Shown piece by piece: positions 46,807 through 57,100 of a stretch of 64,000 nucleotides of DNA (position 1 is its first letter; each line of letters opens with the position of its first letter). Both the position numbers and the translations under genes were made by a program. Source of the DNA: Marispirochaeta sp. (lineage in GTDB: Bacteria > Spirochaetota > Spirochaetia > JC444 > Marispirochaetaceae); NCBI GenBank assembly GCA_963676835.2, contig CAXXFF010000001.1, positions 480,001-544,000 on the forward strand. Reading direction: 5' to 3'. Below the pieces are notes generated by a model that was given only the letters and a program-made list of their open reading frames with translations, had not been told where the DNA came from and did not search any database.

Positions 46807-48690
46807 TTATATCCCCCGGGGAATATCAAAATACATATGCGCCATCAGCCTCCGGCTGAAACCTTTATCAAAGGAAAGTTCCAGATAATCCAGACTCTCC
46901 CTCAGCTTTCCTGTACGGCGGCGAAAATCCCCGGACAGGGTATAATAGACCGCACCCCGCTGGGAGGTGTTCCCGGAAGGAATCACCCGGCCCTTAAGCT
47001 CTGCAGGCAGAAGCCCGATCTGAAATGCGCTCTCAGGATCAAGGGCACTGCCGAAACCGCCTGCAAGATAGACCATCTCAACATCTGTTACCGCCATGTT
47101 CCGGCAATTGAGCAGGGTCTCTATTCCGGCAGCAACCGCACCCTTGGCCAGTTGAACCTCCCTGAGATCCTTCTGGGAAAAATAAACCGGCGAACCATGG
47201 GCCGATTCCGATGCAGGTGAAAGGAGAAATACCTCCTCACCGTCTATAGTTGTCCGGCGGGATTTCAGCTCATCTCCGGTAGATGACGAAAGCTTATCCA
47301 CTGCCAGAAAACGGCCTTTGCCGTCAACCAGGCCTTCCCGTACAAGAAGGGCGGCTATGTCGACGATACCGCTGCCGCAGATACCGGAAGGAGCTCCTCC
47401 TCCAATGCAGCCAGTTTTCAGACGGCCTGTATCCGCTTCAAAAACAACACTGTAAACCGCACCGGCTATACTGCCGGTCCCGCAGGCAATATGAGCCCCT
47501 TCAAAGGCCGGACCCGCCGCGGTGGCACAGGAAACAAGCGCATCCCTGCTGCCCAGAACAATTTCTCCATTGGTGCCGATATCCACAAAAAGAGCGGTCT
47601 CTTCCTGCATATCCATACCAACCGCGGCAATCCCGACGGTAATATCCGCACCGATGTAGGCGGAACGTCCCGGAACAAGCCTGGTAACCATTTTACCGAA
47701 AGGGCTGCTGCCCAGGGGACCGGTTCCTTCTGCAAAATGCAGTGCCTCGGTAAAAACCGGCACATAGGGCGTCTGGGCTATCCCCAGGGGATACACTCCG
47801 GCAAAAAGGTGCAGCATACTGGTGTTGCCTGCCAGAACACAGGAATTCACCTTTTCCGGTCTGATTCCATTTTTTATGCAGAGATCTTCCATCATCTCCC
47901 CAATCTGAAGAGTGATGGAATCCTGCAGCTCCTTAAGCCCTTCCACTGAATCTGCAGCATGGGAAATCCGGGTAATTACGTCGGCACCGTAGATTCCCTG
48001 CCGGTTCAGACCCGCCCGCCGGTCAATCTCCTTACCGCTGCTGGCATCAACCAGACTGACAACAACCGATGTAGTTCCTATATCTACTGCAAAGGACCAG
48101 AGGGCTGCGGAGGTATCCCCGGATTCAATATCCAAAACCCTGTTTCCGTCCAGAATCAAAGTAACCCTTCTCTCCCGCAGCTGCACAAGCCGGGAAAGAC
48201 TATCTGCAGCTGAGCCGGAAAAAACCATATCCTCTATCCCTGAAACCTTCCGTACCTGGTCAAAAAGGTTCAGCTGGCTCTTCCCGTCCCTCTCCTCAAG
48301 GAGAATCATCTGCTTGCGGACAAGAGGGCTAACTACCCCCCCGAAAGCCACAGGGGAGACCAGCACTGCTGCCTCTCCGGAACTCTGCAGCTCAACCGTA
48401 AGATCCCCGGATGGAAACAGGCGGCATGCCAGCCGCATCCCGCTTTTAAGCTCCTGTTCCGAAAGAGACTGCTTTTCTTCCGGACCGGGTTCACGACAGT
48501 CACCGGATAAAATCCGAACACGGCATTTTCCACAGGTTCCCTTCCCGCCGCAGGGAGCGGCCATTTCCCGGCCGGAGCGGCTTTTTCTCAAAACCTCGAG
48601 CAGACTCGGTCCGGGTGGAAAATCAACAAACTCGTTACCGGGAATAATTTCAAGTCTGAACTCCCCGGAATTCACCTCTCCTGCAGCCAC
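46807..48690 (-). CDS. ASKHA-domain corrinoid reductive activator (RACo/DUF4445 type) with N-terminal 2Fe-2S domain
   Basis: CGGKGTCGKC...RLAC, DIGTTS, GADVITRI, DIGTNGE, AAGPAFEG, GICGSG, LAGGFG. Confidence 0.92.
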   Translation of the reverse strand: MAAGEVNSGEFRLEIIPGNEFVDFPPGPSLLEVLRKSRSGREMAAPCGGKGTCGKCRVRILSGDCREPGPEEKQSLSEQELKSGMRLACRLFPSGDLTVELQSSGEAAVLVSPVAFGGVVSPLVRKQMILLEERDGKSQLNLFDQVRKVSGIEDMVFSGSAADSLSRLVQLRERRVTLILDGNRVLDIESGDTSAALWSFAVDIGTTSVVVSLVDASSGKEIDRRAGLNRQGIYGADVITRISHAADSVEGLKELQDSITLQIGEMMEDLCIKNGIRPEKVNSCVLAGNTSMLHLFAGVYPLGIAQTPYVPVFTEALHFAEGTGPLGSSPFGKMVTRLVPGRSAYIGADITVGIAAVGMDMQEETALFVDIGTNGEIVLGSRDALVSCATAAGPAFEGAHIACGTGSIAGAVYSVVFEADTGRLKTGCIGGGAPSGICGSGIVDIAALLVREGLVDGKGRFLAVDKLSSSTGDELKSRRTTIDGEEVFLLSPASESAHGSPVYFSQKDLREVQLAKGAVAAGIETLLNCRNMAVTDVEMVYLAGGFGSALDPESAFQIGLLPAELKGRVIPSGNTSQRGAVYYTLSGDFRRRTGKLRESLDYLELSFDKGFSRRLMAHMYFDIPRGI

Positions 48691-48710
48691 TTCGACGAAT
48701 GCCCCGGTAA

Positions 48711-49652
48711 CTACCGTTCTTCCCTGAAGTAGGAGACACCCAGTGCCTGGGGAGCTTTGCTCACGCTGCTGCGGCGCACTGCATCCATAATCAGAATCAG
48801 AATGGTCATGCCGTAGGGAAGAACATCCAGCACATACTGGGATACGGGCAGATCAAATTTCTGCAGCCGGAAACCGATTATATCCAGACCGCCGAAAAAG
48901 AGAGCGCCTAAAAGAAGGCGGTAGGGATTCCATTTTGAAAAGATAACCAGCGCAACAGCGATCCACCCCCTGCCGGCAACAAGTGAATCCTGCCAGGCCG
49001 GAACATATACGAGAGAAAGGTAGCCTCCGGCAAAACCGCACAGGCCGCCGCCAACCAGGAGGTGAACATACTTGTAGAGCCCCACGGGAATACCCAGAGC
49101 GTCCGCAGCAGCGGGATTTTCCCCCACGATGCGGAGATTGAGTCCTGTCCTGGTGGTGTACAGATAGAGGCCGGATACAAGAACCAGCAGAAAGCTTATA
49201 TAGATGAGGATATCGTGGTTGAAGAAAATCTCCCCCAGATAGGGAATATCACCAAGTACCGGAAGCTTCAGGGGCCGGAAAACCTGCATAATACCATCCG
49301 GGGCCTTCTGGCCCACCATGGAAGCTCCTGCAAATCCTGCAAAACCTGTTCCGAACAAAGTAAGGGTCAGACCGGTTACAATCTGGTTGGCCCTCATACT
49401 GATGGTAAGAAAACCGAAAATTAGTGCACCGGTCATTCCCGCAAGTACAGAACCGGCAACAGCCATAAGAGCCGAGCCGGACTGAAGACCGAAGTAGAAG
49501 CCCATGACAGCGCCCATATACATCATGCCTTCAACCCCCAGGTTGAGACTGCCACTCTCTTCGCTGATCAGCTCACCGAGGCCGGCTATCAGAAGAGGAG
49601 TTGCAGACACCACCGCGGCGGCCAGAAAGTTTACTACCCAGGCACTATCCAT
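48711..49652 (-). CDS. Nucleoside-type (CUT2) ABC transporter permease
   Basis: GELISEESGSLNLGVEGMM, GENPAAA, GRGWIAVA. Confidence 0.9.
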   Translation of the reverse strand: MDSAWVVNFLAAAVVSATPLLIAGLGELISEESGSLNLGVEGMMYMGAVMGFYFGLQSGSALMAVAGSVLAGMTGALIFGFLTISMRANQIVTGLTLTLFGTGFAGFAGASMVGQKAPDGIMQVFRPLKLPVLGDIPYLGEIFFNHDILIYISFLLVLVSGLYLYTTRTGLNLRIVGENPAAADALGIPVGLYKYVHLLVGGGLCGFAGGYLSLVYVPAWQDSLVAGRGWIAVALVIFSKWNPYRLLLGALFFGGLDIIGFRLQKFDLPVSQYVLDVLPYGMTILILIMDAVRRSSVSKAPQALGVSYFREER

Positions 49653-50773
49653 TACCTTTCTCCTTCCTCCGGGGTTCCCTCATCTTCAGTCTCTGTTACC
49701 GGTGAAACAGCAGCATGCCTGCCGGAGGAGAAACTGAAGTGAACCTTGTAGCGGATAAAAAACTCGCTGCCCAGAACAAAGAACAGAATAAGCCCCTGGA
49801 GCAGATCTGCAGCTGCCTGGGGAATATGATACACAGTCTGAATAAAGGAACCGCCTTCCACCATGACAGCGAAAAAGAACGAGGCAATCAGAATAGTCAC
49901 CGCGTTCAGCTGGGCGAGCCAGGCGATTATTATGGCGGTATACCCCACCCCGTTGCTGACATCCACACTCAGGGTACTGTTAACTCCGGAAACCTGGATC
50001 ATGCCCACAAGACCGCAGATACCGCCGCTGGCAAACAGGGTTGCTCCGATAATCAGGGGAACGTTCATGCCGGCATAGCGGGCAGTCTCTTCACTTTCAC
50101 CAATAACCCGAATCTCATAGCCTTTTTTAGTGTAGCGTATAAACAGAAAGAGCCCTGCCACCAGCACCGGCAACAACAGCAATCCGATATGCACCCCGAA
50201 AAGATCGGGTAGCTGGCCGTTTTCCGCCAGATTAGGGATTTTCGGATAGCCGTATGCCTCTTTATCCCGCCAGGCGACATACTGAAGCCAGGTTATCCAC
50301 TTAAGGGCAACATAATTCAGCATCAGTGTAAGGATTGTTTCGTTGGCTTTAAAGCGTATTTTAAATACCGCGGGAAAGAGCGCCCAGATGCCGCCGGAAA
50401 ACACCGCCACAAGGGCCATGAACAGCAGAAGCAGCGGCCTCGGCATCTCTGGAAATGTGAGGGCCGCCCAGGTTGCCGCAAAGGCTCCCATCATAATCTG
50501 CCCTTCGCCGCCGATATTCCAGAACTTCATTCTGAAAGCAAGGCTTATCCCCAAAGAGGCGATGGCCAGGGGAATGGTACGCACCAGGGTTTCCCGGAAG
50601 CGGTAGCCGCTTCCAAGGCCTCCGTCCAGCATGGATCGGTACACAGAAAAGGGGTTGTACCCCATTAACGCAAGAAGGATTCCCGCCGCTGCCAGGGCGG
50701 CCAATACCGCCAGCAACCGAATCCTGAGGCGGGACTTGAGTGGTGTCTCTGCAATCTGGGTTAATCGGAACAC
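49652..50773 (-). CDS. Nucleoside-type (CUT2) ABC transporter permease
   Basis: WNIGGEGQ, NETILTLMLNY, ARYAG, GYTAIIIAWL; GTG 50773 behind GGGGAG (track start 50887 is likely too long). Confidence 0.9.
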   Translation of the reverse strand: MFRLTQIAETPLKSRLRIRLLAVLAALAAAGILLALMGYNPFSVYRSMLDGGLGSGYRFRETLVRTIPLAIASLGISLAFRMKFWNIGGEGQIMMGAFAATWAALTFPEMPRPLLLLFMALVAVFSGGIWALFPAVFKIRFKANETILTLMLNYVALKWITWLQYVAWRDKEAYGYPKIPNLAENGQLPDLFGVHIGLLLLPVLVAGLFLFIRYTKKGYEIRVIGESEETARYAGMNVPLIIGATLFASGGICGLVGMIQVSGVNSTLSVDVSNGVGYTAIIIAWLAQLNAVTILIASFFFAVMVEGGSFIQTVYHIPQAAADLLQGLILFFVLGSEFFIRYKVHFSFSSGRHAAVSPVTETEDEGTPEEGER

Positions 50774-52284
50774 GATTTGTACTCCCCTAATTGTGACATA
50801 AGCAGTCCAAGTTCCTCTTTCCCCGTTTCGGCGGCAGAAAGAATACCCGATACCTCGCCGCAGTACAGCACCATTATTCTGTCGCACACTTCAAGGAGCA
50901 GATCGAGATCTTCAGCCACAAGCAGCACACCAGCACCGGCGGCTTTCTGCTCATTCAGCATATCGATAACCGTATGGGTTACCCCGAGGTCCAGACCGCG
51001 CACCGGATAGGCTGCAATAAGAACATCCGGCCGGGTATCGATTTCCCGGCCCAGCAGCACTTTCTGCATATTACCCCCGGATAAAACCCGGATAGGCCGG
51101 TTAATCCCGGGGTGCATTATACTCAGGGAGTCTGTCAGTTCCTCCGATTTTTTCTTTCCGAAGGCACGGTCAAAGAGCATCCCCTTCCGGCTTCTGTACT
51201 GGCGGAGCATGATATTGTCCACCAGGTCCATGCCGGTGGCGAGCCCCATACCCGTCCGGTCTTCCGGAATGTATGCCATGCTGATTTCGGGATCGGTTAG
51301 AATCTGCCGGGTTGATTTACTGCTTATATCAGTACCGCAGACAGAGATACGTCCTGCCTGAATCTTCTGCAGACCCAGAAGTGCATGGCAGAGCTGTTTC
51401 TGGCCGCTGCCGGAGACACCGGCTACACCGAGAATTTCTGAACCATGCAGGGTAAAGCTTATATTCTTAAGCTCCCTTGACGCCTCTTTATCTTCGATAC
51501 TGAGGTTTTCCACCTCAAGAACTACCCGCCCCGGGGCGGTTTCCACCCGGGGGTACTCCATATTCATGGATTTACCCACCATAAGCTCTGCCAGAAGCTT
51601 CTGACTCACCTCGGAGGTATTAACCGTTTTTACCAGCCGTCCTTTTCTAAGCACGCTGACCCGGTCGCTTATTTCCATAACCTCGTTGAGCTTATGGGTA
51701 ATGATGATGGTTGTCTTTCCCTGCATTTTCATTTTACGGATAATGCAGAAAAGAACCTCTGTCTCCTGAGGGGTAAGCACCGTGGTGGGCTCATCGAGAA
51801 TCAGAATATCCGCCCCCCGGTAGAGAACCTTCAGAATTTCTACTGTCTGCTTTTCCCCGACACCCATGTCTCGGATTTTTCTGTCCAGATCTACACAAAG
51901 ACCGGTATCATCGGAAAGACTTTGTATTCTCTCCTTTATTGCCCGGGGTTTGAGGAACAGGGAGCCCTTTGTTCCGGCGCAGATATTTTCCCAGGAGCTT
52001 AAGGCATCTATTAGTTTGAAATGCTGATAGATCATACCGATACCGGCGGCAATTGAATCCTGGGGAGACCGGAACCTCTGTTCCTTTCCCCGGAGATGTA
52101 TACTCCCCGAATCGGGAGCATAGATACCGGTAAGGATATTCATGAGGGTACTTTTACCTGCACCGTTTTCACCCAGCACGGCATGAACCTCACCTTCCCG
52201 GACAGATAGATCTATTCTGTCATTGGCTTTGAGACTGCCGAATTCCTTGGTAATTGATTCCATGCGGATAAATTCACCGGACAC
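50761..52284 (-). CDS. CUT2-family ABC ATPase with two NBDs (NupA/YufO-like)
   Basis: GENGAGKSTLM, QHFKL, LDEPT, LSGGNMQK, PVRGLD. Confidence 0.93.
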   Translation of the reverse strand: MSGEFIRMESITKEFGSLKANDRIDLSVREGEVHAVLGENGAGKSTLMNILTGIYAPDSGSIHLRGKEQRFRSPQDSIAAGIGMIYQHFKLIDALSSWENICAGTKGSLFLKPRAIKERIQSLSDDTGLCVDLDRKIRDMGVGEKQTVEILKVLYRGADILILDEPTTVLTPQETEVLFCIIRKMKMQGKTTIIITHKLNEVMEISDRVSVLRKGRLVKTVNTSEVSQKLLAELMVGKSMNMEYPRVETAPGRVVLEVENLSIEDKEASRELKNISFTLHGSEILGVAGVSGSGQKQLCHALLGLQKIQAGRISVCGTDISSKSTRQILTDPEISMAYIPEDRTGMGLATGMDLVDNIMLRQYRSRKGMLFDRAFGKKKSEELTDSLSIMHPGINRPIRVLSGGNMQKVLLGREIDTRPDVLIAAYPVRGLDLGVTHTVIDMLNEQKAAGAGVLLVAEDLDLLLEVCDRIMVLYCGEVSGILSAAETGKEELGLLMSQLGEYKSCSD

Positions 52285-52327
52285 CGTAACTGTTCCCCTC
52301 TTTTTCCTTTATTTCAGAACATCGTAC

Positions 52328-52370
52328 AAAAAGAAAGTCTGCAGAACCCCCGGATATACAGGGGCTCCGC
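52328..52370 (-). terminator. Hairpin/attenuator after the BMP gene
   Basis: Minus strand GCGGAGCCCC...GGGGTTCTGC then AGACTTTCTTTTT. Confidence 0.55.
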
Positions 52371-52380
52371 ATTCTATGCA

Positions 52381-53457
52381 TTATTCTGCAATCTTACCGA
52401 TTACACCTTCAACAAGCCAGTTCATGCCGAGAAGTGCACCATCATCGGGTGTTGTACCTGCGGGTACAACGGTTTCACCCTCATTATTTTTAAGAGGACC
52501 CGCAAAGACCACAAGAGAACCGTCGGCGATTTTCTTCTGGGCTGCTGCAACAGCTTCCGCTGCTCCGGCAGGAGCATTCTTGCCCATTTCAGCTACACGG
52601 ACAATATCCTCGTCCATGCCGCCCCAGTAGTTCACCGCTTCCCAGGTTCCATTCATAACTTCCTGAACAGCCTGAATATAGTAGGGCTCCCAGTTCCAGT
52701 AGGCAGAGGTCAGACAGGCATCGGGTGCTGCATCATTCATGTCTGCATGGTAGCCGATACCCCATACTCCCCGGGCTTCTGCAGCCTGAAGGTTGGCAGG
52801 TCCGGTCTGGTGCTGGGCAATGATATCGCATCCATTGTCAATAAGAGCATTGGCAGCTTCCTTCTCTTTAGGAGGATCATTCCAGTTGTGAGTCCAGATA
52901 ACTTCTACTGTGGCATCGGGATTAACACTGCGCACACCGAGGGTAAAGGCATTGATTCCCCGTACAACCTCGGGAATCTCAAAAGCGGCAAGGTAGCCGA
53001 TCTTATTGCTTTCAGTCTTCATCCCGGCGACAATACCGGACAGGTAACGGGCCTGATACATACGTCCAAGATAGTTGATCGCATTGTCCGCCTGCTTGTA
53101 TCCGCCGCAGTGGAAGAATTTGACATCCGGATTATCCGCGGCAACTTCCAGCATATAGTCCATATAGCCGAAACTTGTTGCAAAGATCATCTTCGCGCCC
53201 TGGGAAATCATGTCACGCATAACCTTTGCAGACTCCTGAGTATTGGGAACACTCTCTTTATAGAGTGTTTTTACTCCAAGCTCTTTCTCAATAGCCAGAC
53301 GACCTCTGTCATGCTGCTGTGTCCAGCCGCCGTCACTTATCGGACCGGTAAAGACAAACCCTACAGTGAACTGCTCTTCCTGCTCACTCTGACCGCCGGC
53401 ATAAGCGAAAGCTGTCAGAAGAGCCAGGCCCAAAAGAAGGACCAGTAATTTTTTCAT
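52381..53457 (-). CDS. BMP-family ABC substrate-binding protein (purine/nucleoside-binding type)
   Basis: GPISDGGWTQQHDRGR, ATSFGY, RYLSGIVAG, PEVVRGINAF, DIIAQH. Confidence 0.92.
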   Translation of the reverse strand: MKKLLVLLLGLALLTAFAYAGGQSEQEEQFTVGFVFTGPISDGGWTQQHDRGRLAIEKELGVKTLYKESVPNTQESAKVMRDMISQGAKMIFATSFGYMDYMLEVAADNPDVKFFHCGGYKQADNAINYLGRMYQARYLSGIVAGMKTESNKIGYLAAFEIPEVVRGINAFTLGVRSVNPDATVEVIWTHNWNDPPKEKEAANALIDNGCDIIAQHQTGPANLQAAEARGVWGIGYHADMNDAAPDACLTSAYWNWEPYYIQAVQEVMNGTWEAVNYWGGMDEDIVRVAEMGKNAPAGAAEAVAAAQKKIADGSLVVFAGPLKNNEGETVVPAGTTPDDGALLGMNWLVEGVIGKIAE

Positions 53458-53641
53458 ACCTAACTCCTAAGAATAGTATTTATGGAAACTCTGCCGCACT
53501 GCAGAATTTTCATCCCTGACTGAGGAGAATCGAAGTTAAGAGTGAGTATAACAGGTAGACTATCAATCTCTTCACATCCGTTCCCTGATGGAAACTGATA
53601 CAAATAGATTCAATTTTTATGCACACACACTGCAGCGTGAG

Positions 53642-53690
53642 CAAGCACGGTCTGTTTTAAACTTGCGATTGCAAGGTATCTTGTTACCTG
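53642..53690 (-). promoter_or_regulatory. Conserved leader element copy B (candidate cis-regulatory RNA)
   Basis: CAGGTA-ACAAGATAC-CTTGC-AATC-GCAAG-TTTAAAACAGACCG-TGCTTG; TGGTACATT extended -10 lies 18 nt upstream. Confidence 0.55.
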
Positions 53691-54138
53691 CCGGATACAT
53701 AAAGAACCAATGTACCAGTAGATTATTTTGAAGAAGTATTTCCAACACCATGCAATCCCTGAAGGATCTATGGTATTTTTCCGTGAATACAACTCTTCGC
53801 AAATAAGTTGCAAAATATGAACCAACTTCAGCCAGGCTGCTGTACCATTCCGGTTCCTACACTAATAATACCATACTATTTAATTGATATACAAACAGTT
53901 ATTACACAGGTAAAACCAATAAATTTTTATCTTAAATATTTTTCCCCGGCCACAACCTGACAGAGACAGCAAAAAAACATACAACAATGTACCCAATCGC
54001 CATAAGGTTTTACAATTTTGTAGATAATTTTACAAAATGATGTAATCAGGCAAGCTGCATATTTCTCCGGTGTAAAAGGGCAAAAGACTATTGCGGGGCC
54101 TGGCAGTCCAACCATGAAAAGCCCTTACTCTGCCTCTC

Positions 54139-57100
54139 CTACTTTGACTGCAGATAGCCGTTCAGAAGATCCAGCGCCTTTTCATACTCAATATCTTCAA
54201 TCTCTTTCTGTATTTCCAGAAAAACCTCTGCATCAGCTGTCCCCTTCATACGCAGTACAAGCTCTTCAACCACATCTCCCGCCCGGGAATCATCCCCCAG
54301 TAAGAGCGCCTTAAGGTCACCTGCAAGATCTGAAATATCCTCTGGAGAGGTTTCAGCCGCTGTATCAGGGGGACTCTCTTCAACAAGATGGTTGTTTATC
54401 TCAGTTACTATGGTATCGAGGATATTCCCAATCTCGTTCAGCAATGCCGCTGTTTGATCCTGTTCGTCACCCTTAAGCAGACTTTCCAACCCCCGGGCCT
54501 TTTCCTGGAGTTCCGAAGCGCCTACGGTACCGGCTATCCCTTTCAGAGTATGGGCAATCCTGACAGCCTCTTCCATCGACCCGGAGTTTATGGCTTCCTG
54601 TATTCTTACGTGTGCTCCCCCCTGATTGGATGCAAACTGCCGCAGCAGCTTTTTATACCTGCCGATATTCCCTCCGGTTCTCTCGATTCCAGAAGAAACG
54701 TTTATTCCCGGAAGAACCGGAATGGAACCATCGGGACTATCAGCGGCTCCATTCCGGCCGGACAGGGAGGCTATATACTCCCCGGGCAGCACTCTTTTCC
54801 CCGGGGTAATCCATTTATACAGCACCGAATAGAGAGCCTCAGGATCAACCGGCTTTGTTACATAATCGTTCATGCCGATCTTCAGCACCTTTTCGGAAAC
54901 ACCACTCATGGCATCAGCAGTCATGGCTATTATGGGAAGATCAGCAAAACGTACATCTTCACGGATCAGTTCGGTTGCAGTATAGCCGTCCATAACCGGC
55001 ATCTGCAGGTCCATAAGCACAAGATCAAAGGATTCACCCTCTGCGGAAGCAAGGACCGCATCAACCGCCTCTTTTCCATCCCTGGCAAGGGATACAACAA
55101 AGCCTTCTCCTTCGAGCAGTTCCGTAGCCACCTGCTGATTAAACTCATTATCTTCAACCAGGAGCAGCCGGGAACCTCTGACCTCATCGAAATTATCCGG
55201 AATAACAATATCAGCTCCCCTTCGGGGGGTCCTTACCGCAACATCGAAGCCGAAAACATCCATAATAGTATTAAAAAGCACCGACGGACTTACCGGTTTT
55301 ACCAGAAACGCATCGATACCAATATCCTCAGCCAGCATCATATACTCTTCCCTGCCATAGCCCGTTACCAGGATCACTTTTGTATATTTTCCCAGTTCAG
55401 GATTGGATTTGATAATTCCCGCGGCCTCAATACCATCCATATCGGGCATACGGAGATCCATCAGCACCAGGGGTATGCGCTTTTCGCCGGCAGAGTCTTC
55501 AAGAATCTCCAGAGCATCCACCGCTGATGTGGCGGTGGTAACCTCAAAACCGAATTCTTTGATAATATTGCGCATGGTACCAAGAGAGTTTTCATCATCA
55601 TCTACAATTAAGACCCTGAGACCTTTCAGATCCAGTCCGGGAGTCGCATACTTTTTATCCTTCCCGGCCTGTTCACTCTGGAGCCTGAATGGAAGTTTTA
55701 CCCAGAATGTACTGCCTTCTCCCGGAGCCGAAATAACACCGATCTCACCCCCCATTAACTCCGACAATTTCTTGCTTATGGCAAGTCCGAGACCGGTCCC
55801 TCCGTATTTTCGGGTTGTGGAGGTATCTGCCTGGGTAAAGGACTGAAAGAGCTTATCCTGCTGCTCCGGAGTCATACCAATACCGGTATCCCGTACACTG
55901 AAGCGGACCAGTACAGATTCTTCGTCTCTTTCAAGAATCTCAGCAGACACCAGAATATCGCCCTCTTTGGTAAACTTAACGGCATTACTACTCAGGTTCA
56001 GAAGGATCTGCCCGAGACGCAGAGGATCACCGATTAAGTAGGCAGGAAAATCCGGGGCAAGATCGAATTTCAGTTCAAGGCCCTTTTCATTGCATTTTAC
56101 CCCGATCATGCCAGCCAGGTTGTCCAGAACATCATCAAAGACAAAAGGCACCGTCTCTATTTCCAGTTTTCCCGCTTCAATCTTACTGAAATCAAGAATA
56201 TCGTTGATGATATTCAGCAATGATTTTGAAGACTGATCTATTTTATTCAGGTAGTCCCGCTGGCGGTGGGTAAGCTCGGTTTTCAGAGCAAGGTGGCTCA
56301 TTCCGATAATCGCATTCATGGGAGTCCGGATTTCGTGACTCATGTTGGCCAGAAAGTCACTTTTTATCCGGTTGGCAGCCTCTGCAGCCTCCTTGGCTTC
56401 CCACAGGGCGGTTTCTCCTTTTTTACGCTCCGTAATATCCTGCAGCCAGCCTAGAACCCCCTCTTCTCCCTCGTAGGTAATGGGAAGAAAGGTAATCAGG
56501 TAGTCCCGGATATCCCGGTTTATGTCTATCAGTTTTATTTCGTGGTTATCCAGCACTCCCGTCTCATGCATCTTCTCAATTACTTCCTGCCTGTCCTCAG
56601 GGTTCTGATATATTTTTATAGCAGGGTCTCCAATATCCAGGCCGAACATTTCGACGAATCTATGGTTGGTAAAGCGGAAAATCCCGTTAAAGGTAAATGC
56701 AACCCCCACAGGAGCATTATTCAGAATAAACTCCAGCTGGTCCCGGGCCCTTTTTATCTCGTTTTCCGCCCGCTTGCTTTCAGTAATATCTTCCAGTGTG
56801 CTGATTACATCATAGGGATAGCCACCTGAATGCACCGGGTTGAACAGTATTCTTAAAAATGCCTTTTTACCTCCGGTAACTGAAATGTACTCACCCTCAA
56901 ATTTGGAATTCTTCCCCGTAAGTGCCGTTGTTAAGGTCTGACGCATCTCCGGATCAACTATCTGCCTGGGAGCATTAAAGCCGAGCAGCTTCTCCATTGG
57001 TGCTCCCAGGTAATCTGCAGCAATGGAGTTACAATTAATAATGGTGCCTTCACTGTTGAAGTGAATAATGCCTATGGGAGAGTTTTCAACAATAATACGC

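Noticed and set aside
50761..51500. Degenerate second NBD of the ABC ATPase
   Set aside because: Normal for CUT2-family ATPases
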